Positions 52,225-64,000 of a DNA stretch of 64,000 bases are shown piece by piece. The stretch is from assembly GCA_964035545.1 (NCBI GenBank), contig OZ037767.1, forward strand, positions 27,420,628 to 27,484,627, in the 5' to 3' direction. This DNA comes from Bugula neritina (taxonomy: Eukaryota > Animalia > Bryozoa). The position numbers and the translations under genes were made by a program. Positions within the stretch are counted from its first letter, which is position 1. Each line of letters starts with the position of its first letter. The notes beneath the pieces were generated by a model, which saw nothing but the letters and a program-made list of their open reading frames with translations, searched no databases and was not told the DNA's origin.

Positions 52225-53189
52225 GCTAATGACACTTAACTGACCTTGTAAAGTTTAAACCAAATATAGATGCTAAAGTTTTTATAATTATAATAATTAT
52301 AATCAATAATTATAATCATAATGACAATTATTTTTAAATTTTAGGCTTACCCTCATCTTGGGCCTTGGCCCTTTTGGCCTTAGCCCCTTAGGACTTGAAG
52401 TTGGACTTGAGCACTGCCACATAATGATCATAATGATAATCATAATTATTATAATTATTGATAATAACATTTTCATTTTGTATTAATTATGATTGATATT
52501 CTTATAATTCATTTCATTATGATTATTGTTATAATTACCTGGTCGTGATGTAGCCGTAGGCGTAGCATTTTATTATTTCTCCTTTATTATTTAATAATAA
52601 TTTTATCTATTTTCAATTTATATAAAGTAATAAACTATTAATTATCAAATTCAAGCTTAACAAGAACATAGCTACTGCTAGTAGACGAAGTAGTATTGCA
52701 TTTACTATGGCTATAAATATTAATCATTGATCTCGGTATAGCTAATGCTATTAGTATTAGTATTAATTTAATTATTAAAGAAGAATATCAAAATGGATCA
52801 GTTCCGAGTTTAACTTTAAAAATGTTTTCATTTTTAATTTTAATATTAAAAGATAAAATCATTGGTGTTTTGAACTTAAACTTGAACAAATTACTATTTA
52901 AAATTGATCAAAGCCTGTAGCTCAGAAAGACAATATATACAACTAAAGCTTAAAATGAAGTTTTAGCTCCTGAACAGTAAAATTCAACTATCTAAACCTG
53001 CATTTTGTTTCATCAAGGTGCAGGATGTGTTAATTCAAAAGACTAATTAGGCTAAGGTTTTAGTAGGATTAGTTAATAGTGAGCTAGTAAATCATTAAAG
53101 CAATTTGACAACTTACCTATGTATCTAATTTAAATTGGCCCACTCCGCGCATATAATTATACATATACACTGCTATTACAGTCACTGAA

Positions 53190-56100
53190 ATGTCGGAATT
53201 AGGACCCTCATTCTATGGAGAAGTGCTGCAAGTTACATCCAGGGCAGTAGACGACGAGGAGGACGAAGACGATGCAGACCCTGATATGATCAGGTCAGCC
53301 TGCCTTCGTTATATGATAAGCTGCTGCTGCTGCCTTCGTTATATGATAAGCTGCTGCTGCTGCTTCCGTTATATGATGAGCTGCTGCTGCTGCCTTCGTT
53401 ATATGATAAGCTGCTGCTGCTGCCTTCGTTATATGATAAGCTGCTGCTGCTGCCTTCGTTATATGATAAGCTGCTGCTGCTGCCTTTGTTATATAATGAG
53501 CTGCTGCTGCTGCCTTCGTTATATGATAAGCTGCTGTCTTTCCATATGTCTTTACAAAAAATTACTTGACTTGCTCCGTGCTTGTATAGAATACTGTAGA
53601 GTGTAGACATTCCAACATTTAGATGAACTCAGCTTAGCCTATCTGGTGTTTAGTCTTTAAAGCTCTAATTAATGATAATTTACAATTTGCTATTAGATAA
53701 AATAATAATAATTTATAGACAAAATAGCTAGTATGTTATCTGATCAACTTAATGTGACTTATTACAATTGTCTGAGTGACTGTAAAAGTTCTCTATAGCT
53801 TTTATTGCAACAAAGTTGTGCTATTATCAGCTATATAAAATGTTTATTCACATTTGTGATATTTTGGTGTATGTTAACTAATAATTGATATGTTTCCGGA
53901 AAGTTTGGATTCAGTAAAGATAACTACTCACGTATACCCACCCATTGCAGTGTATTATTGCTATTTTTTACTTTGTTTTTACAGTATTTATTACTTTTGT
54001 AGTTCTGTTGCACTGAGATGGTCTCCAAATATTCATTCTCAGATAAATAAAAAGGGGGAAGTACCATGCAGTGTACTCGTCATAGCTATTGACTCTGTAG
54101 CTACTGGTAAGGGGTTCAGTTTAATATGCTAAAATATATATTATAGTAATATATACTATGTGTAATAAAAATATATTATATATTACTATAAAATATACTA
54201 AAATATATACTGTAATATGTACTGTAAAATACAATAATAGTTATACTACTATATCATATTATTTTGTATGCTATAATAATATAATATAAAATTAACTATA
54301 ATGTCTATATATAAATATATATTACAATATATACTATAATATATTAAAATAATATAATGCTACATTATACAACAGCTACTGCTGTTAAACTTGTGCTCTG
54401 TTATGAGTAGTTGTTTTCTCTTGTACAACAACTATTAGCTGTAAACTAATGAACATTTTATCAAACACCCAATACTTTCACATAAAACACTTATCTATTT
54501 TATAACATCCAAGTTGGTGTGGTTGACTCATCACTCATTATTTTGGTTGTGAAAAGTATGAGACAACTCCTTGCTATTGTCAAAAGTTAGTTGAATTTAT
54601 AATGAATGATGACATTTAAAAGCGTTTACTAAGTCAATTCTAATTAAAAATGACAATGAAAAGTAGCAAAATAGTAACTATATTTATATTAGGTTTATTA
54701 TTCTCTATATACTGCTGTGTACTGTATAGTCTCTATATACGGCTGTGTACTGTATATTCCCTATATACTGCTGTGTACTGTATAGTCTCTATATACTGCT
54801 GTGTACTGTATAGTCCCTATATACTGCTGTGTACTGTATAGTCCCTATATACTGCTGTGTACTGTATAGTCCCTATATACTGCTGTGTACTGTATAGTCC
54901 CTATATACTGCTGTGTACTGTATAGGCTTTGTTCAGACACATTTCCTCCACCAAGATGTTCAGCTGGTCGGAGTTATATGTAGTGGACTAACAAACAGAG
55001 CGGTGAACACTTTTGAACAGCGAGCTTTCACAGATGAGACGTGTTTTATATACAGTTTGGAGAAAGAGCCCTCTATCCTGTTCTGTCAGTGCAACATCAG
55101 AGTACAGCCCGAGCAAGCTTACTCATTCGTTGATCAGGTAGAGCTAGATGGAAGTTATCTGTCCTTTGTTACTACAATATTGAATATTATTTACTGTTGT
55201 AATGTTGCCAGTAGTCTTGTCTGTGTATATTTTTAGGTGTTTTTACAAGAAATGTGAATAAAAAGCCTAAAGTATTGCCTGTTGTTAATATAGTTTTCTA
55301 TATTGTGTACGACTGTCATTACATGTATATTACATGTGGTTGTAATTGTGTGGATAATTTCTATTATAAGACATCTTGCTCTTTTAGTATAGTGTGGCAT
55401 TATGCACTTAGTCTATAATTTTTTAGTTGTGTCAAATGTTATATTTTTAGTTGTTCTCCAAAATAACCTCAGATAATACATACGTGGCTGTTTTGTCCCA
55501 CAAGTCAGTGAATGAATACAAATCTGAAGCACCACCTCATCAGATCTCCGTGAGTCTGTTCTACTTTTAATAGTAGTACTTTACTGGTAATACTATACTT
55601 TACTGGTGGTTGTAGTTTTTTACTATCAGTAGTAGTGATGTGTCGTTAGTACCAGTAATAGTAGTACTAGTTTGTAGTAGTAGTACTAGTTAGTACTTAA
55701 TAGTAGTAATACTAGTTAGTAGTAGTAGTACTAGTTAGTAGTAAGCTGTTGGGTAGTAGTAATCTACTAACTAGTAGTTTACTAACAACTACGGTAAACT
55801 ACTAGTTAGTTTATTACAATTAGTTAGTCGTGGTAGTAGTAATAGTAACACAGGGTTAACACTTGGCCTGTACTATTTCAGGTACCATTCCTAAGAGCTC
55901 TAAAAACAAGTCATTTCCAAGGAACTGCACTCTGTAGCTACTTGGAGCAACCCAACGTTGTTGATGGGCTACCGGCTCAAGGTTTGTACTCAATTAAACT
56001 GACTGCCAAGAATGCATAGCTTAAAGCAATATGCAGTAGCATGCTTCCTTAACGTTTATTGAGGATGTGAATAAAAGTCATTGTCAGTCACTTTCCAGCT

Positions 56101-59100
56101 TGCAGTGTAGATTGCTCAGCACGTCTTATGAATACATTATTATTCAGCTGTAGAAATATTCTTGTTAAGCTATTAAAACATTTTTAGGCATGTAGTCTAA
56201 TGATAGAAGGTAAATGAGAAAATATTGTATAATATGTTGAATATGGCAAAAGTTATTAAAATATCTCATCAAGTTAGTCATATGAGCAATGTAAGCAGAT
56301 TAAGCACTGTATTAATCTCTTAGTTTATTTAACATCTGAGATAAAGCTGCATGTCAACAAGGAGTACCCATACTTTAGAGCCCAGTTGATTAGTCTCAAG
56401 TTATACTTGTGTGGCATTCTTTTACTGCAACACTAAAACACTTGAAAGTTGAATGATGCTTGAATTAGAATAATTGCATCATATTACACTGCAAATGGTT
56501 ATCTTCGTTTCTCAATTTACACTGATGAAATCTGCTGCTACTTAGCTTCATTTTATTTATCAGAGCTGATACTTGAAATCTCTGCATTTACCTCATCATC
56601 AACTACAAGTGTAGGCTGAGTATCATTGTAAGTGTGTTTCAGAACTTCAACAAATTCTCTCATAAATCCCACCATTTTCTAAATTCTAGGAATCTTTTTA
56701 AACTCTAAATATTTCAAGTAACTTTTCACAAGCTCTTTTTTCTATCAACAAATAAATACAAGTAACTCAGGTGCAGGTTGTGACCTGCAGTCTATATATT
56801 ATGTTAGTAGTCAATAATATTCAACGAGTCATAGTGTTACCTCAAGCATGTTATGCCAAAGGCCTATATTAGGTAGCTAGGTGAAAGGTTACTATAGTAA
56901 TAGCTCTACTTATTGTTCAACTAATTTATTTATATGAAAAATGTCTGTAATTCAACTATCAAGCTTCTATTCCTAAGTAGGGGATATATTTTCAACTCAT
57001 TTGTTATGTTGAATGGATGATTGAGCAGCCTAAATTCTGTATCAGATTTCAAAAGCTAAAAGTTGTGAACATATGATCATGGCTGAAAACCAATAAAACT
57101 GTGGAAATGAAAATTAGAAGAATGTTATTGCTTGTTTCACATTTCTACATCTTGAATTTCCATTTTTATAAACAAGACAAGGTTTAACTAAAGTAATTAG
57201 GCTCATGTGTTCTGTTTCAACTATTAATAAAATTGAAACACAAAGGGATGATGGAAATGCAATTACATTTGTTTAGTAAAAGCAATGCAAAGAATGTTAG
57301 CATATAAAATCCTGAAAAAAACATTAGGATTTCATCCAAGTTTCTAAGTAATAAATTCTCCACAGCGCAAGCAATGTTGTATAAACATAACAATGCTCAA
57401 CATGTGTTAAGGTAATTAATGTAATAAACTAAGTTGATGGCCACTGATAAAATGTGTTCCAAATACTTGATGTGATGGATGATGATGTGATGGCAATTCG
57501 ATTAGATTTGTAAAGTAAAAGCAATGCAAAGAATGTGAACAATGTCCTAGAGCAGCCATGCTCAACCTGTGGCCTTTTGACTTTTGGCGACCTTTTGAGC
57601 TGGTAAATGTGGCCTTTTGGTTTTTTAACAGAAATAAAAATTTAGTTCAGTTTTAATCCTTTCTGAATTTTGCTTTTTACCAATTTCCAAGTTTACTATG
57701 CGAGTCATAAATGCTAGCACATATTGATGTGAACATTTATTCTCTCGAATAGAGTATGCCAAAAGCAAATTCAGATTGAGGCTAGCAGACTCCTATCTGG
57801 CCAATATATTACCTGTGCCATTTTTATCGTGCCATTTTACCTGTTCCACTTTTACCGGACACCAATAAATACATATCAAATTCGAAAATATGCTTTAATC
57901 AATAGAGAGTTTTGACAGTGGGATTGACACTGAACTTTCTAGTGGCCTTTTTGGTGGCTCAGGGTTATTTTACGGCCTTTTTCCAAAAAAGGTTGAGCAC
58001 TCCTGTCCCAGAGGCTGTATTCAGCAGATCTGCCCCAGTGCTAGAGCAGATCTGCTGATGGTAGTAGGTGGCATTAAGGATGTCCTACTCATTCATGTCC
58101 TACCCACACCTAACCTTAGTAGCCTCTATTTTATTTTGTTTATTTTCCAAGTATAAACTGATAAATCTTCTCATAATATAATAAATTAACCAGAAATTAT
58201 TGCTGTAGATATTTGTCACTTATGTTCCCATTTATTCCATGCTGTATATCTTTCTACCGTCCTACTAGGCTACTGTTACCAACATCCTGTTCTGTGTAAA
58301 ATGACCCTCTTGTAACCTAACATTGGAGATCATTGTTAGAAGCTGCATAATATTGGAGATCATTGTATTCTAGATTCACTTTAGCTGAGAGCCGATATAA
58401 ACTTAATATCATTCATACTCTGCGCCACTCAATGCCACATTTACTGTTTATATTATTTGGTTATGACTATATTTTAGTGATGAGTTACTGTCAGCTGAGA
58501 GGAATATCTGCCATATTTTATATCTGCTTTACTGAGAATATGTATCTGGATATACAGTCTGTGGCGGAGTTCTCCAAACTCGTCACCTCAACCCCATTCA
58601 AAGATATCTACACTGTTAGTTGTTTCTTCTTATTTCTATATCCATTGTATAATATTTTATGTTATAAATATCCTGCAGGTTGTGCAATGTACTTCAGTAT
58701 AGCTATTAGACAAGTCGGTGTTTATACAATGCAGTCGCTTCTTTCTTGCTCAAGAACTAGCGAGTCCACTTTGTTTTGATTGTACCATGCTGTAATGTAA
58801 TTATAATATATTCTATTACACTAAGTTATAATATATTCTATTACACTAAATTATATTACATTGTATTATATAATGCATTATATTATAATGTTGCATCATT
58901 CAATAAAAAGTAGCACATATTCATTTTAACAAGAGATGAAGCCAACATGTTTTGAATTCATAAATGAAGGAAACTTGACACCGTGTCTTGCCCACTGTGA
59001 TGCACTCAAAAGCCTGCACTTGCACTAAGTTGATCAGCTTGGCATTTCTCCTAATAGTTGCTAAGCATGTTTTGAAATAGTCTTTTGTTTTTCAGCCGAA

Positions 59101-59170
59101 CCCAGACTGTAGTGATGAAATGAGAAAGCTGGTGGAGCACAGCAATACGAGAAACATGCTCTACATGTGA
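53190..59170 (+). CDS. PSMG1: Proteasome assembly chaperone 1 (PAC1)
   Basis: Exons 53190-53293, 54003-54106, 54926-55137, 55451-55549, 55882-55981, 58478-58614, 59096-59170. SFYGEV..SRA.DDEEDE, PFLRALKT, LEQPNVVDGLPAQVMSYCQ; C-terminus ...NMLYM* is an HbYX motif, as expected for PAC1. Confidence 0.88.
53284..53536 (+). repeat. 30-bp minisatellite seeded on the PSMG1 exon-1 donor
   Basis: About 8 copies of atatgataagctgctgctgctgccttcgtt; the junction atatgatcag|gtcagcctgccttcgtt is the first, diverged copy. Confidence 0.9.
54705..54925 (+). repeat. 28-bp minisatellite whose last copy is the PSMG1 exon-3 acceptor
   Basis: 8 copies of ctatatactgctgtgtactgtatagtcc; seven retain TATAG, the last at 54925. 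Confidence 0.9.
55560..55850. repeat. Degenerate (AGT/ACT)n low-complexity intron
   Basis: tagtagtactagttagtag-type units fill most of PSMG1 intron 4. Confidence 0.75.
57553..58005. mobile_element. hAT-type MITE containing a nested foldback-element fragment
   Basis: TIRs cagccatgctcaacc / ggttgagcactcctg; 8-bp TSD tcctagag / tcccagag; nested tgtgccattttta modules at 57811-57863. Confidence 0.8.
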
Positions 59171-59253
59171 TAGAGCACCTCTACATGTGATAGAACACAC
59201 TTCACACGTGATGAAACATGCTCTACATGTGAAGGAACATACTCCACAGGTGA
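59152..59253 (+). repeat. 20-21-bp tandem repeat of the PSMG1 stop-codon region
   Basis: Five copies of aacatgctctacatgtga-like units, the first being the coding ...NMLYM-TGA. Confidence 0.85.
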
Positions 59254-60295
59254 CTGTGCAATCTCATACCCTAGACAGAGCAGTAGCTGCTTTGTGAAAA
59301 CTAAGAATCTGCAGGAAAGATGTTACTTTGGTATAAAGTATATTATTCATCATTTCAGTGTTTTATATGCACACTCTCTGCTTAGTGGTCAGTTTGAAGG
59401 CATTTCTTACGGTTATTTATAGAACCATAGAACTGAATTTGGCTTTTATAAGTTATTAACGGGTGATCAAATAATTGTATCAACAAATCAACTCAATCAC
59501 ATTCATAGTGTGTGACATATTTACTGAGAAATTATCTCAATACATTTCACCATATTGTGAATGGCAAGAAAATAAAACTGGATATTATATTTTTTTATCA
59601 TTCTGACCAAATCATTTGCAACTTGAAATTGATGAGAAGGTATACAAATTCTAATACACTGGAAACCTGTTTTCCTTTGCTTTCTTGTTGGCATATTACT
59701 AGTAAATCAATTACATGCTAGTTGATAGTTCCTGTGACAAATGCTCTTTCAGACCGGATGAGCTGTACGATTGCCTCCTAAACTTAATATATTTAATATA
59801 TATGCTAATTACTTTCTGGATATATAAAATATGTTGTACATCTATGCGTAGGAATAGAGCAACAATGACGGTGTTTGTATTATTTATGAATATTCCCAAA
59901 TTAGTAATTTTGTTGGCTGCCAAATATTTCAGTTTTCTTTCTTAGCTTGTTACGTGCTATTTCAATGGTGTAGCATTTCAAATTGATTTATAGTAAAGTC
60001 AGTGCCAAAATGAAATATAATATAGTGATCACCCCACTATCCACTATGGCACCATTCTCAGAGCAGTTGGCACTGCTGTGCAGATGTTTACGACTATAAA
60101 TACCTCACACAGACACACCTGGATGTCCAAAGGCTGATAATCACAACAAAAATCATCATTAAAATAATATATTTTTGTAACAGGATTAGTGTGTTCAAAT
60201 TAAATAAACAATTTAAATAAAAATAATATTAAAACGTTTGATAAAGTAGAAATTCTCATATTGGAAGTCTACAGTCAACCCAGTGTTAACAGCAC

Positions 60296-62352
60296 TCATA
60301 AATCACTGGTCTGCTGGAAGACAGCTTGAGCTGCGCTTTCCTGCTCTGCGACGGTTGTAGGAAAATTCCTAACTGTTGACAAAGATACTGGAATGATGTC
60401 TCGCACTCGCAACCTCCTGTCTTCAACCAGTTGTTTAACTGCCCAGGATACAGGAACTGCGAGATAAATGGTCGATTCCATGGCATGAGATCCAATTAAT
60501 AGCCCAAATCTTTGTAGTTTGTGCTCATCTTCCTCACTCACAAGATATACTTGCAAACCGCAATCTCCTTTTTCCAACCTGCAACAAAAACTATTAAATA
60601 ATAAAACGTAAAACTATGGGCTTTCATCACAACTTTTTATATAATTGAAAAAATTAGCAGACAATATTAGGTAATTAATTTCCATTTATTAGATTTTCAC
60701 AAAGAATTAGCAGACTGTCATGTGTTTAACTGCCAGTATCAAGCGCTTGTTCATGAAGTAATGTGTTTTGTAGTTGAAACTATAATTCATAGCACTGTTT
60801 TTTGGCATTTTAAAAGAAACAGAAGGGAGTCTTAAACATTACTGACATCATGAAAAACTGCACTTCAATTTCTACTTTTGCAGCTCTGAACTACCTAATT
60901 TGATAATGTAATTGCCAAAAGTTTATATACAGGTATGTATCATATCAGGTATTCATTTAGATACAACACATCATTACTTACGATTCACTGCCCTCCAGAG
61001 TAAACGCAATCGAAGAGCCAACTCTTTGTCCATTTAGTTCTGCAGCCATTTGGGGTTCAATCCGGCCTTTTTTGTTTCCACACAGAACTTTTCTACCAAC
61101 GTAGTGGTGGAGCTGATTGTGATCCATGATATTTACTGTAGGCTCTTCAATTTTATAGTTGTCACCAAAGGTTTCAAACTGACAATGAGAAGAAGCCTGT
61201 AACTCATTTTCCAAATTTTGTTTATCAATTTTACAAATGGCTGCATCGCATGCAATAGTTTCTTCTTGGTTCAAGTATTTGATCGCGGGCAATGGTCGTT
61301 CAACAATCTTCACAACCAAGCCATGTGGGCTTAAGATACGTGGTGTATTGTGCCATCTCTCCTTTCCCATTCCTTCAAATATCGATTCACTATTTCCATT
61401 TCTAAGTAACTGTTCGTGCTCAGTTCCTTCCAGAAAGACATGTGCTGGAACCATGACATAGAGATTCACATCATTATGCTTTTCATCCACAGCGGAGACC
61501 AGCAGTTCAACTTTCGAGATAATTGAATTGTCTCGCCAGACATTGTATGGCTGCAACCAATTTATAAAAAGTTCTAGGTTATTATGGGTGGAACTCTTGA
61601 TATCAAATGTCGATACAGAAAATTTATGATAGTCAGATTTGCTTGACAACATTTTAGTTAGTTTTCTTTTTGCCTTCGAGACTTCTTTTCCACAAACCAT
61701 AATCTTGGAATGGTTTTTAGGTTGATGGTAGATGGTGAATATGCGCACACCTTTAGATCGAAGACACCTTCAATACAAATATAATATTTTATACACTAAA
61801 ACTTCAATCGACTCATTGCGCTTCAAGAAGCTAACTGCATGTGTCTGATATATTTTGAGTTTCAAAAGCTTATTGCATCTGGAAATATTTAGATTAGAAA
61901 AATAAATAAGTTATATAGATTTCTTCATCTTATCTACTAAAGGGAACCACATTTAAAGTCGCAAGATTACACATTATTATTATTGTAATGCACTTTCTTT
62001 CACTATTTACGATATGCCTTACACAATGAGAACTGCAGCAGTAAACTAACAAAGATTATAATATACACAAAAATGTTTTGTTTATAAAACAAAAAATCAC
62101 ACTCTAAACTTGACACCAGACATAAAAACTTTGACTAACAGGAGAATTCAAATTCCCATGACCTCTAACCAGGTGCGATAGGAGTTCAAATTTACTACAA
62201 GCTAAAATTTTTTAGTGTATTTAAATTATTTAGAGCTTCCACTCAACTTACATCTTGACATCATTGAGTAGCCTTTCGGGAATAATTAGGCTTTGATTTT
62301 CTAATTCACTGGCCAACTCTAAAACCATTAAATAAATTAGGTCAAATCTTTC
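60296..62352 (-). CDS. Uncharacterised trypsin-fold (PA clan, Nal1/Ssy5-like) peptidase with a Cys nucleophile motif; 5' end uncertain
   Basis: Exons about 62352-62252, 61767-60982, 60578-60296 join in frame (both junctions phase 2). Motifs YVMVPAHVF, ACDAAICKI, VGRKVLCG..KGRI, LEKGDCGLQV, FGLLIGS, YLAVPVSWAVKQL. Confidence 0.65.
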
Positions 62353-64000
62353 CTGATGTTAACTAATCATACGATGGTCTGATGCGCAGGTACATGCACA
62401 GATACAGAGTGCTCACACAAAATTTCAGATTCGAATAATTTATGCCATACTTTAGCCAAAATAACGATATATGTTGACATATTCATTCAAATGAATGAAT
62501 CCTGAAGATTTAGGAGCAATTGTGAAATTTCAAAAAAGTAAAAATAAGTAGGTACAGAAAGTGAGACATTTCGTAAAACCTGTGTTCTAGATAACGAATA
62601 TTGCATTCTAAACCTAAATTCATATAGACAATTAAAGAAGTGTGTTTTCATGATTGCGCCTGAATAAAATCATCAACAAACACAGTTTCGGTTGCTATTC
62701 AAGTGCATTGAATTCCCTACGTATAATTGTTTATAAATATTAGCTTGGCATGTGATCAGTTGTCAAACTAATCTCAAAAATGACGAATGAACATGAATGT
62801 GTAGAAATGTTATCTACTGCCTCAACAATACTTTTAATTCAGAAACATTTGCCACAAATCCAGCTATTGATTGTATATACTCAAGCATGATGATTAGTGC
62901 ACAATAAAATTAAGGTGATACAATATGATATTTTACTTAAAAAAAACTGTAATGCAAAGCATTTTAATGATGAAAGGCAATGTGTGATTGGCCTTGCAGT
63001 GACTTCAATGCAGAAAAGAAGTAATCAGAGTAGCATGCTAATACTTAAACTACATTCACTTGGCTGCCACTGACCATTAGTTTGCATACCAATAGAGACT
63101 ATGCATGAGTATAAAAAGGTGTGAAAATTAACTTGCCCTACATGGCCTACAGCATTCACCAACTTAGTCGAAACGGTTAGAGTTATGCTACATGTGAGAA
63201 AACTATTTTCAAGCAAACAATCCACTATGAGAAGTTGAAAACAGAAAAATCCACAATAAATGTTTTCATAGAAAAAATTGCCAATACTGCATTTCATCAT
63301 CCTCAAATTCCATGCACTGTTTTGCCTCAAATAGCAGATCATCTTACAATCAGCAATCTTTTGTTATACGAAATCAAATTAGTGCAACAAATGATATTGA
63401 AGAATAGAATATGGACACATACTGCCATTCTCTATAATAGGTTTCAGTATCAAAAATTAGAAAACCAATACATTGGGTATCAATGAGATTGTCCTTAAAG
63501 CCTCTTTGTTAAAGTAATTCCCCTTCATTCCAAGATGGATGAACTGTGATTTTGTCAGCGCATTCATTAACAGATGTTAAGGAAATTTTTGAGCTGATTG
63601 AATACAAACGTCAATTATGATGATCATCAACTGTTAATACTATAATCTATATTACTTCTAGTTTCTTACTACATAATACTCTATAATTATGATTATTATT
63701 TCACCATGATATATTCCATTAAATTGCACTATACTACATTAAATGATATTATTTTACATTAAATCATATTAGATCATGCTGCCCTTTTGAGTTTATAAAA
63801 TAAAATGCGCTCTATTTATGTAATTCTGCAACATAAAATATTCATTTTGTTGAAAAGCTACTCAGATATATATCCGAATTGAATTGACTAACATGCCACC
63901 TAACATACATTGAATCAACTTGTTCACAATTATTGTAATAAAGTGTTTAATAACATTAACAATTTATACCAGAAGTATATAATTACAAGATGCATACCTG

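Noticed and set aside
53290-53610. (SSSSLSYNEG)n and (LRYMISCCCC)n ORFs; CRISPR-like regularity
   Set aside because: Head-to-tail minisatellite without unique spacers in a eukaryotic intron; no cas genes.
58021-58058. 13-bp perfect hairpin TCAGCAGATCTGC/GCAGATCTGCTGA
   Set aside because: Built from a duplicated palindrome beside a MITE end; no evidence of function.
62950-63620. Plus-strand coding-looking stretch (ORF 63235-63486)
   Set aside because: Interrupted frames and no recognisable motif; possibly a decayed element but unsupported.

Overview
AT-rich, gene-dense genomic DNA from an animal (probably an invertebrate; many introns are 70-150 nt), so the ORF track mostly shows single exons. 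I rebuilt ten spliced genes by hand: FLVCR-like MFS transporter (+, 5' end outside window), a divergent spermidine-synthase paralog (-), G-protein beta (-), PLOD lysyl hydroxylase/glycosyltransferase (-), canonical spermidine synthase (+), an orphan rhodopsin-class GPCR (-), OMA1 (-), STEEP1/CXorf56 (+), PSMG1 (+) and an unnamed trypsin-fold peptidase gene (-). There are also several MITEs, two tRNA-derived SINEs and a decayed LINE fragment. Top leads: (1) a hidden pair of equal-length (126 nt), same-phase, homologous exons in PLOD, i.e. candidate mutually exclusive exons in the accessory domain, separated by a hairpin-rich 136-nt intron; (2) an intron-containing cellular trypsin-like peptidase with a His-Asp-Cys (GDCG) triad instead of GDSG; (3) strand-symmetric 6-bp periodic tracts (S-W-S-W-W-W; S=C/G, W=A/T) at the 5' ends of the housekeeping genes but not the TATA-driven GPCR; (4) a second spermidine synthase with a remodelled amine-acceptor pocket, a 15-nt intron shift and triplicated splice donors; (5) tandem repeats repeatedly seeded exactly on splice sites or a stop codon. 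All gene models and homologies come from manual translation and remembered family motifs; no searches were run.
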